Source of the DNA: a virus
Taxonomy: Duplodnaviria > Caudoviricetes
Virus record (IMG/VR): IMGVR_UViG_3300035390_000014
Coordinates: 64,001 to 128,000 of that record
Direction: 5' to 3' (one strand)
Length of the DNA: 64,000 nucleotides
Positions 50,117-59,252 of the stretch are shown here, in pieces; within the stretch, counting starts at the first letter, position 1; every line of letters begins with the position of its first letter. The notes beneath the pieces were generated by a model. That model ran no database searches, had not been told where the DNA came from, and saw only the letters and a list, made by a program, of their open reading frames with translations. The position numbers were made by a program, and so were the translations under genes.

Positions 50117-50351
50117 ACAGGTTTGGAAATGTGATTATTGTAGTAAGACTGATGAATCTCATGATGTTATAGTTTCTCATGAATTTAAATGTTCATTTAA
50201 TCCAAAAAATAAATATTGTTGGACCTGTTCTAATCATATAGGTGATGGTTTTTGGATTTATGGTGAAAGTTATACATGTGCTATAAATTTAAATAAAGAT
50301 GATGGTGAAGAAGAAGGTGGCTGTAAAGGGTGGACAAATGAAACCACGTAA
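50073..50351 (+). CDS. Cys-rich Zn-finger protein
   Basis: CDYC..HE..C..NP..CWTC; start probably at MAKQ. Confidence 0.6.
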   Translation: MRKQRKKKMVTSMAKQVWKCDYCSKTDESHDVIVSHEFKCSFNPKNKYCWTCSNHIGDGFWIYGESYTCAINLNKDDGEEEGGCKGWTNETT

Positions 50352-50691
50352 ACTATTATTCTCAGTTGGTAAAAAAGACTTTATAATCCAGACATTTAAA
50401 GCTGGAGGTAAAGGTGGCCAACATCAAAATAAAACAGATTCAGCAGTTCGTATAATTCATCCGGAGTCAGGAGCAGTTGGAGTTAGTCGAAATGATAGAA
50501 GTCAATTTAAAAATAAAAAAATAGCATTTGAAAGATTAACAAAAACAATAAAATTTAAATTATGGATTACTAAACGAGTTAATGAAATTGATGTTGGTAA
50601 AACAATTGAACAACAAGTCGAAGAAGATATGAAACCTCATAATTTAAAAGTTGAAGTTAAAGATGAGAATGGAAAATGGTCAATTGAATAA
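50338..50691 (+). CDS. GGQ peptidyl-tRNA hydrolase (ArfB/PrfH-like RF-1 domain)
   Basis: AGGKGGQHQNKTDSAVRIIH..SG...RSQFKNK..AF. Confidence 0.9.
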   Translation: MKPRKLLFSVGKKDFIIQTFKAGGKGGQHQNKTDSAVRIIHPESGAVGVSRNDRSQFKNKKIAFERLTKTIKFKLWITKRVNEIDVGKTIEQQVEEDMKPHNLKVEVKDENGKWSIE

Positions 50692-50700
50692 AATTACTTT

Positions 50701-50720
50701 CTATATATATTAATATACAT
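50701..50720 (+). promoter_or_regulatory. 20-bp motif CTATATATATTAATATACAT, copy 3
   Basis: Exact repeat, intergenic. Confidence 0.6.
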
Positions 50721-50756
50721 AAGATAGTTTGTATTAATATTATATTGGAGAAATAT

Positions 50757-51746
50757 ATGCGAAAAACTTTAATTGTTGGTGGTGGTATCCAGAGAATGAA
50801 TAATTCTGGAATTGTTACTAAAATGGCTAAACATCTAGGTGGTATGATTACAATGTGTAATGGTATTCTACCTACCTTTCCTCTTGATCAAGATTTAATT
50901 ATATGGATGCCTGATATTGATAATGAGAAGCCGAAAGATTATCCTAAAAAGAAACAAGGAGCAGTTTTAATTTGCTCTAAAGTAATGAGAGAAGGGTATA
51001 CTCATATTGATTCAGTATCACGAATCTTTAAAATGAGAGGTAACGCAGTAATTGAAATTTATAAAAATGAATACGGTATTTATGAATTTGAATTACGAGA
51101 TGCTTTAAATAATTCATGGTGTAATCGAACTTCTAATTTAATATATCTTGTTGATAGTATAATTGAATTATATATCTGGACAAAGTGTAGTATAAGAAAG
51201 AGTCTTGAAAAAGGACTATTTTCTGAACCTGTTATTGATAATATAGAAGAAGTTGAAAGATTTCTTCGTATTAATGAAGAGTTATCACATAAAGTTGCAG
51301 TTGGATGTGGTAATAGATATTTTGGAAATTATAGTACACGATGTACAAGATTATTTCCAAATATGATTTCAAATGAAAATTGGTATTTATTTTCAGGAAG
51401 AAATACTCCAAAGGATTGCATTAAAATTGAAGATATGGTTCCTTGCACTGATGAACGTTATTATGGGGATCGAAAACCTTCTGTTGATGCTCCTGTACAA
51501 ATAGACATATATAAGAAATTTCCTGAATTAAAATTTATGATTCATGGTCATGCCTTTATTGTTAATAATGAAACAACTAAAAATTATTTTCCTTGTGGTG
51601 ATTTGAGGGAAGTTAAAGAAGTTGTTGAAATGATTAAGATAGGCATTAGAACAATTAATCTTAAGAATCATGGATTTCTTATAGTTGGTGAATCAGTAGA
51701 TGAAATAATTAGCCATGCTAATGATTGTGAATTTGTAACATTATAA
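50757..51746 (+). CDS. Class II aldolase/adducin-domain protein
   Basis: KPSVD, FMIHGHA, LKNHGFL. Confidence 0.75.
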   Translation: MRKTLIVGGGIQRMNNSGIVTKMAKHLGGMITMCNGILPTFPLDQDLIIWMPDIDNEKPKDYPKKKQGAVLICSKVMREGYTHIDSVSRIFKMRGNAVIEIYKNEYGIYEFELRDALNNSWCNRTSNLIYLVDSIIELYIWTKCSIRKSLEKGLFSEPVIDNIEEVERFLRINEELSHKVAVGCGNRYFGNYSTRCTRLFPNMISNENWYLFSGRNTPKDCIKIEDMVPCTDERYYGDRKPSVDAPVQIDIYKKFPELKFMIHGHAFIVNNETTKNYFPCGDLREVKEVVEMIKIGIRTINLKNHGFLIVGESVDEIISHANDCEFVTL

Positions 51747-51758
51747 AAAATATTTAAG

Positions 51759-51801
51759 TCGAACTCCTTTTTATTTAGAACATATTTAAAAAGGAGTTCG
51801 A
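51759..51801 (+). promoter_or_regulatory. RBS-sequestering hairpin with GAACATA motif in loop
   Basis: 15-bp perfect stem TCGAACTCCTTTTTA/TAAAAAGGAGTTCGA before ATG 51804. Confidence 0.75.
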
Positions 51802-51803
51802 AT

Positions 51804-52568
51804 ATGATTTGTGAATATTGTAAAGAAGAGCATGATGGTGAATATGGATCTGGTAGATTTTGTAACTCTAAATGTGCGAGAGGATTTTCTACTAAAGCTA
51901 AAAGAAAAGATATAAATAAAAATCTTTCTGAAAAAATGAAAGGGTATAAAACTATACCTGGTGGAATGATTAAACTTTGTGATTATGGTTGTGGAAAAGA
52001 AGCGAAATTTGAAATGACTAATGGAAATTGGTGTTGTGAAAACCATTATTCTAAATGTCCATCTATTATTAAAAAGAATTCAATAGCTTTAAAATCTGCT
52101 TATAAAAGTGGTAGAAAATCAAAATTTATTATGCCACAAGAAGCTTTAGATAGATCTTTAGAAACAAGAAAAAATAATCTATGTGAATATTATAATTCTA
52201 TACCATTTGAAAAGAAACCTGATGCTGAAAGACGAAGAATTATTTTAAATGAACAAGATGAAAAATGTTTGATTTGTGGCATTAAGGATTGGAATAATAA
52301 ATCTTTAGTATTACATCTTGATCATATTGATGGTAATAATCAAAATAATAAAAGAGAAAATTTAAGAATTATTTGTCCGAATTGTCATAGTCAAACAGAT
52401 ACATATTGTAGAGGAAAACCAAAAAATATATCAGATAAAAAATTATCTAAATTACTTATAAAAAATAATTTTAATTTTTGTAAAACATTAAATGAAGTAG
52501 ATTTAGTTCCTGGTGGTTATAACTGGGAACGAATTACAAAATTAGCGAATAAGATTATGCCCGCGTAG
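51804..52568 (+). CDS. HNH homing endonuclease
   Basis: CDYGCG module; C..CG...W....L.LHLDHIDGN..NN..ENLRIICPNCHSQT. Confidence 0.9.
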   Translation: MICEYCKEEHDGEYGSGRFCNSKCARGFSTKAKRKDINKNLSEKMKGYKTIPGGMIKLCDYGCGKEAKFEMTNGNWCCENHYSKCPSIIKKNSIALKSAYKSGRKSKFIMPQEALDRSLETRKNNLCEYYNSIPFEKKPDAERRRIILNEQDEKCLICGIKDWNNKSLVLHLDHIDGNNQNNKRENLRIICPNCHSQTDTYCRGKPKNISDKKLSKLLIKNNFNFCKTLNEVDLVPGGYNWERITKLANKIMPA

Positions 52569-52645
52569 AAGAATTGGTTTATTCAGCAGACTTAGACCCT
52601 GTGCTTTTAATAGGCGTGTGAGTTCGAATCTCACCGTGGGTACCA
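52559..52645 (+). tRNA. tRNA-Leu(TAG)
   Basis: Loop CTTAGAC, long variable arm, A73, CCA. Confidence 0.85.
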
Positions 52646-52652
52646 TATAATA

Positions 52653-52688
52653 AAAGCGGTTACTTGTATATTATAAGTAACCGCTTTT
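52653..52688 (+). terminator. Intrinsic terminator
   Basis: AAAAGCGGTTACTT...AAGTAACCGCTTTT. Confidence 0.8.
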
Positions 52689-52722
52689 CTTCCATAATTC
52701 CACTCAATTAAAAAATCCCAAT

Positions 52723-52742
52723 CTATATATATTAATATACAT
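52723..52742 (+). promoter_or_regulatory. 20-bp motif CTATATATATTAATATACAT, copy 4
   Basis: Exact repeat directly upstream of riboswitch 1. Confidence 0.6.
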
Positions 52743-52772
52743 AACACAATAGATTATTACTTATTTTAATCA

Positions 52773-52854
52773 ACGTCCGAAAAGGCACGGGACATAGGAG
52801 CTCCCACGCAAAGTCACAGGTCATATTTATATGATGGCTGGTCTACCGAAGCGT
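52773..52854 (+). ncRNA. c-di-GMP-I (GEMM-I) riboswitch, copy 1
   Basis: CGAAAAGGC-P2-ACGCAAAG-P3-GGCTGGTCTACCGAA; Vc2-equivalent G20, G21-C46, C22-G45, C44/G83, A47, C92 all present. Confidence 0.8.
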
Positions 52855-52875
52855 CCTTACTGGGAGGATGTTTTA

Positions 52876-53376
52876 ATGAAACGAATGCTAATTTTATTAG
52901 TGTTTATGATCTTATCAACTGGATGTGCAATAAAACCTGTTTATCAAGTGAATGGCTATCCAGTCCCTAATAATGTCATTAAGGCAAAAACATTTGCTTT
53001 AGATTTAACAATAACTTATAATTTACAAAAAACCTTTAATGTAAAAGAAGGCAAAGAATCATATCAAACTTATGATTTTCTACCTTTGACTGATTCAACA
53101 ATATTTAAAATTAAGGATGATGAAAAATTAATTTTTAATATTGATGTTTTCAATCCATTAAAGAAATACTATAAGTTAGTTCAATATACAACTATAGAAG
53201 GAGGTGGTGGAGATGAAGTAGTATTGTACGAAGGTGAATTAAGCAGAAAACATGTATCTGTACATTTACCATTGATCCCAACCAAGTTGGTTAGTTTTTA
53301 TTATGATGCATGTAGTAAAAACGATGACTTGGTTTTTAGGTCCTTTCAAAATCAGTATATTTTCTCTGAATATTGA
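52876..53376 (+). CDS. Predicted lipoprotein
   Basis: MKRMLILLVFMILSTG-C lipobox; ATG 52876 with GGAGG RBS. Confidence 0.75.
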   Translation: MKRMLILLVFMILSTGCAIKPVYQVNGYPVPNNVIKAKTFALDLTITYNLQKTFNVKEGKESYQTYDFLPLTDSTIFKIKDDEKLIFNIDVFNPLKKYYKLVQYTTIEGGGGDEVVLYEGELSRKHVSVHLPLIPTKLVSFYYDACSKNDDLVFRSFQNQYIFSEY

Positions 53377-53396
53377 AGGATGAATTTTTTATACGT

Positions 53397-53490
53397 GAAC
53401 GAACGAAAAAGGCACGGGATCACGTGGTCCCACGCAAAGTCACAGGTCTTTTATAAAGGATAAAAGATGGCTGGTCTACCGAAAACGTTC
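53397..53490 (+). ncRNA. c-di-GMP-I (GEMM-I) riboswitch, copy 2
   Basis: Same core as copy 1 with different P2/P3 loops; P1 GAACG/CGTTC. Confidence 0.82.
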
Positions 53491-53522
53491 TAATTAATTT
53501 TATTTAATTAGGAGTTTTCAAG

Positions 53523-54482
53523 ATGAAAAAAATGTTTAAAAGTTTAGTTATTGGTTTGGCAATTGTTGGTCTGATCGCATCCACAGGTTATGCACGCGGT
53601 GGTTATAATGAAAGCGTTGTAGGCGGCGGCGATATTCAGTTTAACGGTGCTACAATTCCCAATGGAGCTGCTGGCGGTATTTCAGGATCTGGCGGTTTTA
53701 GTGCTGCCCAGTCTGCTGGCGGTGGTTGGGGTCGTGTTGGTGGTGATATTTCCATTGCTGCTGGTGGTGTAACTGATACTACTTCAGGTACATATGTTAA
53801 TAACCACAGAGGTTATACTGAGATTGGTGTTTATAGTCGAAGTGAAAACCTTGCAACCACAAATGGTTTTACCACTATTAATGGTCAGGGTGCTGTAGTA
53901 GCTGAAAGTACTATGATCGGTGGTGCTGCTGAGGGAACATTGAATGGTTCTGTAATTGGGAAATCTCCAAGGTTCTTTACTACTGATGGTGTTAGTGGTG
54001 GAGTTGCTGGTCAGGGTGCTGTAGGTGGATTTGTTGGAGTTTCTGGTCTTGCTCTTGAAGGCGATGTTTCCATGAGAGCTAATCTAGAGTTCTCTGGATC
54101 TTCTTATTCAGATTCTTTTAGATTTGTAGAACGTGATCGCCAAAACGGAACTAAAACAGAAGGTATGGGCACTTATGTTGGAGCCAATACTAATGTTAGA
54201 ACTGATGGTTGGGTAGATCCCAATGGTTTTGTTGAAGGTGGTTTTGTTGCAGCCGGTGGAGCAGCATCTAAAACAGTTCAGAAAAGTGATACTGGATTTG
54301 CCAAAGCTTCTACAGTTGGTACTTATTCAGGTTCAGGTTCTTTAGGTGATAATTATACTGGAAAAGCTAATGGTTATACCAAAACTAGCATTACTCAGTA
54401 TAGAGGTATGACTGGAAGCATCGTTACATCTTCAGCTGGAATGCATGTTGTTTCTACAACATCTCCTGTTCAACATAATTAA
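53523..54482 (+). CDS. Exported Gly/Ser-rich beta-repeat protein
   Basis: Sec-type signal peptide (ASTGYA), Gly-rich low-complexity body, locally higher GC. Confidence 0.75.
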   Translation: MKKMFKSLVIGLAIVGLIASTGYARGGYNESVVGGGDIQFNGATIPNGAAGGISGSGGFSAAQSAGGGWGRVGGDISIAAGGVTDTTSGTYVNNHRGYTEIGVYSRSENLATTNGFTTINGQGAVVAESTMIGGAAEGTLNGSVIGKSPRFFTTDGVSGGVAGQGAVGGFVGVSGLALEGDVSMRANLEFSGSSYSDSFRFVERDRQNGTKTEGMGTYVGANTNVRTDGWVDPNGFVEGGFVAAGGAASKTVQKSDTGFAKASTVGTYSGSGSLGDNYTGKANGYTKTSITQYRGMTGSIVTSSAGMHVVSTTSPVQHN

Positions 54483-54563
54483 ATTACCAATTAACTAAAC
54501 ATCATACCCCCAAGCTTAGATAGTTGGGGGTATAAAATTTGAATTAAACGTAAGAGAATAAAA

Positions 54564-55406
54564 TTGAAAATTTATAAATTTGCATTACTTAGTATTATGA
54601 GTATGTTGATTATGGTGATGTTCACAGTCCCGTCATTTGCTGGTGCGGATGCGGATGCTGATGCTAAAGCTAAAGCTGGTGCAACATCATCCATTGATTC
54701 TCATGATAATATTACCAATCAACGTGGTTATGCCATTCAGGGTCAGGTACAGTACCCCGGAATGCCCGGATACTTTGGTCCCAATAACAAACCCGGTCAT
54801 CAGTTCATTTCCCTTAATAAATTGTTGATGTATAACACAGCTTGGAACATTAAAGCTGAATACGGTTCTACAACCGGCCAGACAATCAATATAACTCCCC
54901 ATGCCAAAATGGTTACCCCGGAAGAAAGAAGTAAAGTTGTCATCTGCACCAAGGATATCTTTGACAAGACCAAATTTGAAATTGATCTCCTTGCAGTCGG
55001 TGCCATTAATTCAACCCAGAAAAATGTTATTTCTTCTGACTTGTTGGATTATGTTTTAGCAACGGCAGCCAAATATGGCGCCACCCATGTCCAGTTTCTG
55101 GCTGAGGGTACTAACACTGAACTCCAGTCTTCTGGTTGGGGTATTGGTCTTAATTATACCAAAGCTACAGATACATCAGTATCAACTGGCGGCACCGGGT
55201 TCTCAACTGGATGGTCCGGTTATCAGAATCTACCCTGGCAGCAATTCTTCTTTTTGAAGGTTGTTAATCCTGGAGCAGTTGCTTCAATTACACCTGATAT
55301 TGAAAAAGCAGATGTTGTTGAAAACGACGTAATTGTAAAAGATAATACCAAAGTAGATAATGCTGTGAAAGAAGCCTCTACAAAACAGGGTGGAAATCAC
55401 AACTAA
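54564..55406 (+). CDS. Exported hypothetical protein
   Basis: Signal peptide ending VPSFA; GADADADAKAKAGA N-terminus. Confidence 0.75.
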   Translation: MKIYKFALLSIMSMLIMVMFTVPSFAGADADADAKAKAGATSSIDSHDNITNQRGYAIQGQVQYPGMPGYFGPNNKPGHQFISLNKLLMYNTAWNIKAEYGSTTGQTINITPHAKMVTPEERSKVVICTKDIFDKTKFEIDLLAVGAINSTQKNVISSDLLDYVLATAAKYGATHVQFLAEGTNTELQSSGWGIGLNYTKATDTSVSTGGTGFSTGWSGYQNLPWQQFFFLKVVNPGAVASITPDIEKADVVENDVIVKDNTKVDNAVKEASTKQGGNHN

Positions 55407-55442
55407 GAATTAAAATTGAGTTAAGTTTATTTAGTGAGTTTA

Positions 55443-55480
55443 AAAAATGAGTCGTCAAGTTATTAGGCGACTCATTTTTT
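55443..55480 (+). terminator. Intrinsic terminator closing the riboswitch cassette
   Basis: AAAAAATGAGTCG...CGACTCATTTTTT. Confidence 0.8.
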
Positions 55481-55598
55481 TGTCATTTTTTTATGAGTAT
55501 AAAACTTGAAGTCCCCTACTGCTAGTTGATTTCTCTAAGCTATTGAACATATTATAAATACTAGTTATTGTATGTTAATTCTTTAATAGAGAGGTTAT

Positions 55599-56933
55599 AT
55601 GAATATAATTGTTCAAATTCCAGATGAAGTTTCTCAAGTTTTAGAAGGCGAAGGTACTAATAAACAAAAAACTAATCGGTTGGCAATGGTTGGATACTCA
55701 GGATATCAGATAAAATATTATTTGAAAGTATGGAGTGAACAAAATAAAGAACCACTAAACTCTTCTGATAATGTTTTACTAGTAAATGGTACTCCTAATA
55801 TTAATAAAGAATTTAAAAACAACAAGGCATCAATTGAAATTGTTTCAACAACAATTAAAACAATTGATGAAGGAATTGCTGCTGCAAATATAGACTTTGA
55901 TGTTTGGGAAGTTGAAAGTGCAAAGGTTGGATCATGGAACACAACAATGAAAATTGATGATGCTCCAGTCCAGGTAGTCAATTATAAAGTTCAGATTAAA
56001 TTAAAAGCAATAGTAAAAAATCATGTTAAAGAAACATTTGAAAAACTATTTGAAAAACTTCCAATAAATAACACATTATATCCAAAACTCCCATCAAAAC
56101 CTAACCCTCAATATATGCTAGAAGTTGGTCTTGTAGATCAACATTTTGGTATGTTAGCATGGGCAAAAGAAACCCTATCAGATTATGATCTTAAAATTGC
56201 TGAACTATTATATATAGAATCAGCAAAGAAAGCCATCAATAGGATAAAAAATCCAGAACAAATAGGTAAAATACTCCTTCCAATTGGTCATGACTTTTTC
56301 CACATTAATGATCAATCCAATACAACTCCAAGAGCAGGCCATCGTTTAGATGTAGATGGACGTCTAGCCAAAGTCTTTTCAGTAGGTATGAGAGCTGCAG
56401 TTAAAGCTATTGATTATTTAAAAACAATTGCTCCTGTTGAAATAGTTTTTGTACCTGGAAATCATGACCCTCAAATGAGCTATTACCTATGTATTACTCT
56501 ACAAGCTTGGTATAGAAATTGTCCAGATATATATTTTGATATAGATCAAGAAGGAATTGTAAATCCTACTGCTAGAAAATATGTGGCATGGGGAAAAGGA
56601 CTATTAGGGATGAGCCATGGATTAGATGAGAAAATGTCTGACCTTCCAGGTATTATGGCTAACGAGGCAAAACATTTATGGGCAAATGCAATATATAAAG
56701 AAATTCATATTGGACATTTTCATAAAGTAAGATCTTCATCAACATTCAAACATTTCACCGATACAGTAAATCAAACAGTTGTTAGAACTTTACCAAGTTT
56801 ATGTGGGAGCGATGATTATTCATATGCACATGGTTGGTTATCAGAAGGAGTGCAGGCAGCTGAATTTTATCTATGGGATAAAGAATATGGACCTGTACAA
56901 TATATCTCAGTAAAAGCAGAAGAAATATTATAA
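55599..56933 (+). CDS. Calcineurin-like metallophosphoesterase
   Basis: DQHFG, GHDFFH, PGNHD, SHG, HIGHFH. Confidence 0.85.
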   Translation: MNIIVQIPDEVSQVLEGEGTNKQKTNRLAMVGYSGYQIKYYLKVWSEQNKEPLNSSDNVLLVNGTPNINKEFKNNKASIEIVSTTIKTIDEGIAAANIDFDVWEVESAKVGSWNTTMKIDDAPVQVVNYKVQIKLKAIVKNHVKETFEKLFEKLPINNTLYPKLPSKPNPQYMLEVGLVDQHFGMLAWAKETLSDYDLKIAELLYIESAKKAINRIKNPEQIGKILLPIGHDFFHINDQSNTTPRAGHRLDVDGRLAKVFSVGMRAAVKAIDYLKTIAPVEIVFVPGNHDPQMSYYLCITLQAWYRNCPDIYFDIDQEGIVNPTARKYVAWGKGLLGMSHGLDEKMSDLPGIMANEAKHLWANAIYKEIHIGHFHKVRSSSTFKHFTDTVNQTVVRTLPSLCGSDDYSYAHGWLSEGVQAAEFYLWDKEYGPVQYISVKAEEIL

Positions 56934-56949
56934 TTAAAAAGAGGAATAA

Positions 56950-57879
56950 ATGAAAATTTTAATTACTGGTGGTGCTGGATTTGCAGGATGTGGTATTGTT
57001 AAAAGATTTTTGAAATTAAATCATGAAGTAACTGTTATAGATATAGTTCCAAAATCACATTCAAATTTACATAATGTTAACGATCATAATTTTTCATATA
57101 TATGGAAATCTGTACATGATGTTAATAAAGAAGATATTAAAGATAAAGAGATTATAATACATTTAGCTGCTCAGGCTGATGTTCCTATGGCATTTGGATC
57201 ACCAAGATGGACTTCATTTCAAAACATTGATGGTTTGTTAGCTATGTTAGAAGTTTGTCGTGGGGAAAAACATATTAAAAAATTTGTAGTAGCTTCATCT
57301 GGTAATGTATTTGGAAGATATAAATATATACCAATAGATGAAAAACATCAATACATGCCACATAATCCATATGCATTTTCTAAAGCTTCTCAAGAGTTAG
57401 CAGCCATGAGTTATTATAGATGTTATAATATACCTATAATTATTTTAGCAACAGGTGTAGTAGCTGGTCCATATATGAGAAAAGAAGTTTTTATTTATAA
57501 ATGGTTATATAATATCCTTACAAATAAACCAACTTATTTAGAAGGTGGGTCCCAAACAAGAGATTTAACATATGTAACAGATACTATAGATGTTTTTAAT
57601 TTAGCTATAGAGGCTCCTGATGAAAAAGTTATTGGCGAAAAATTCTTAATATCATATGGAGAAGAAAATTCAGTTAAGGATCTTCTTGATATGTGTTATA
57701 GTGTTACTGGAGATAAACCAAATATTATTCATACAGATTTCAGACCAGGAGAAGAAGGACAAAGAGAATATTTTGATAATACAAAAGCTAGAAAAATATT
57801 AGGATATACTCCAAAAGTTGATCCACTAGAAACAATTGGGAATATAGCTAATTGGATAAAAAATATAATACTTAAATAA
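56950..57879 (+). CDS. NAD-dependent nucleotide-sugar epimerase/dehydratase
   Basis: GGAGFAG, HLAA, ASS, YAFSK, RDLTYV. Confidence 0.92.
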   Translation: MKILITGGAGFAGCGIVKRFLKLNHEVTVIDIVPKSHSNLHNVNDHNFSYIWKSVHDVNKEDIKDKEIIIHLAAQADVPMAFGSPRWTSFQNIDGLLAMLEVCRGEKHIKKFVVASSGNVFGRYKYIPIDEKHQYMPHNPYAFSKASQELAAMSYYRCYNIPIIILATGVVAGPYMRKEVFIYKWLYNILTNKPTYLEGGSQTRDLTYVTDTIDVFNLAIEAPDEKVIGEKFLISYGEENSVKDLLDMCYSVTGDKPNIIHTDFRPGEEGQREYFDNTKARKILGYTPKVDPLETIGNIANWIKNIILK

Positions 57880-57890
57880 AAGAGGAAAAA

Positions 57891-58613
57891 ATGATTGTAT
57901 ACAAGTATACTGCAGGCACATATATAATAGAAGATTTTAATCAAGAAGTGAATGATGAATTATTCAACAATGTTGTAAATAATTATTTGAAGGCAAGAAA
58001 TGAATTAGATACTAATGCCGAAGTTAAACGGATAATGAGAAAAAATGGCTTTCTTATAGTATGTGGATATGCTAGTTTAAGTAATATTAATTTAGTAAAT
58101 GTTATTAAAGCTTTTTTAGAAATACATAATTTTGTTGTTAATTATATGGAAGATACTCCATCTGAAATTATTAATATTTTGAAGAATTTTTTGCCTGTTA
58201 TAAGTAAAAGAAAAGGAGATCAGTGTGGTGGTATTAATCCTGATACACCATCTATTGATCCTGGGATTTTAGCATTGAGTAATTCTTTAAATTTATTTCC
58301 TGGTATAAAAACATTTTCATCTTGTGAAGGTCATATTAAACAAGACAGTGGCACAATGTATATATTATTTACAGCAGAAACAATGGAGAATTTATCTGAT
58401 CTAGCATTTGTTTTATGGAATGGATTAGAAGAAGTAGCTTCCATTTATCCTGATCTCCCTATGTTTAAATTAACTTTCGATTTTGGTCAATGGCCAAGTA
58501 TTAAGAAAGCATATTTTGAAATGAGATTAGTATATCAAGAAAAATATAGGGTAGATGTTTTTGAATCAGCAGAGATTCTAGCACGGTACATTAAGACCCA
58601 TTCAGTGGGGTAA
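57891..58613 (+). CDS. Hypothetical protein with TYW3-like motif
   Basis: IDPGI..L...LN..PGIKTFSSCEGH. Confidence 0.45.
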   Translation: MIVYKYTAGTYIIEDFNQEVNDELFNNVVNNYLKARNELDTNAEVKRIMRKNGFLIVCGYASLSNINLVNVIKAFLEIHNFVVNYMEDTPSEIINILKNFLPVISKRKGDQCGGINPDTPSIDPGILALSNSLNLFPGIKTFSSCEGHIKQDSGTMYILFTAETMENLSDLAFVLWNGLEEVASIYPDLPMFKLTFDFGQWPSIKKAYFEMRLVYQEKYRVDVFESAEILARYIKTHSVG

Positions 58614-58615
58614 CT

Positions 58616-58900
58616 ATGACATCTTTAAATATATTAATGAAAGATCCAGATTGGCAATTTTTAAGAAAAAAATTGTTAAATAAATGGATGTGTAGACCTG
58701 ATTGGTGTTGTATGGAACTTAGAAAGTATATGGGTAGATATCTTAATACATCACCAAATATTAAATTAAAAATAGTATCAACTTATTTATCTAGTTCTGG
58801 GTTTAGAGTTGGAGCTATTAATCATCCACGTATAACACAATTAAAAACTGAGTTATATTTGGAGATTAAAAAAAGAAAAAATAATAATAAATGGAGTTGA
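58616..58900 (+). CDS. Basic hypothetical protein, paralog A
   Basis: DPDWQFLRKKLLNKW...WCC..LRKY. Confidence 0.65.
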   Translation: MTSLNILMKDPDWQFLRKKLLNKWMCRPDWCCMELRKYMGRYLNTSPNIKLKIVSTYLSSSGFRVGAINHPRITQLKTELYLEIKKRKNNNKWS

Positions 58901-58970
58901 CAAAAAATATGTTATATAGGACACATTAAACGAGTTAAGGAGTCATATATAACACATTAAAGGAGTTACT

Positions 58971-59252
58971 ATGAAACCAATACGAGAGATAGTAAAAAGT
59001 CCAAAATGGCAAAAGGTTAGAGAAAGTCTCTTAGGTAAATGGAATCATGAACCTGAATGGTGTTGTCAACAACTAAGAAAATTTATAAGTCCTTTACATA
59101 AAGCTTCTATAAATGAATTAAGAATAATGATGAATTATTTAACTATAACACCAATAAGAATTGGTAAGATAAAACATCCTTGTATAAATAAATTAAGATT
59201 AGAAGTTTCAATAGAAATGAAAAAGCGTAAAGCAAAGGGGATTTGGAAATGA
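58971..59252 (+). CDS. Basic hypothetical protein, paralog B
   Basis: SPKWQKVRESLLGKW...WCC..LRKF. Confidence 0.65.
   Translation: MKPIREIVKSPKWQKVRESLLGKWNHEPEWCCQQLRKFISPLHKASINELRIMMNYLTITPIRIGKIKHPCINKLRLEVSIEMKKRKAKGIWK

Noticed and set aside
52773-53490. Riboswitches as 3',3'-cGAMP-specific
   Set aside because: Both have G at the position-20 equivalent, whereas cGAMP-preferring GEMM-I variants typically have A; binding is still untested
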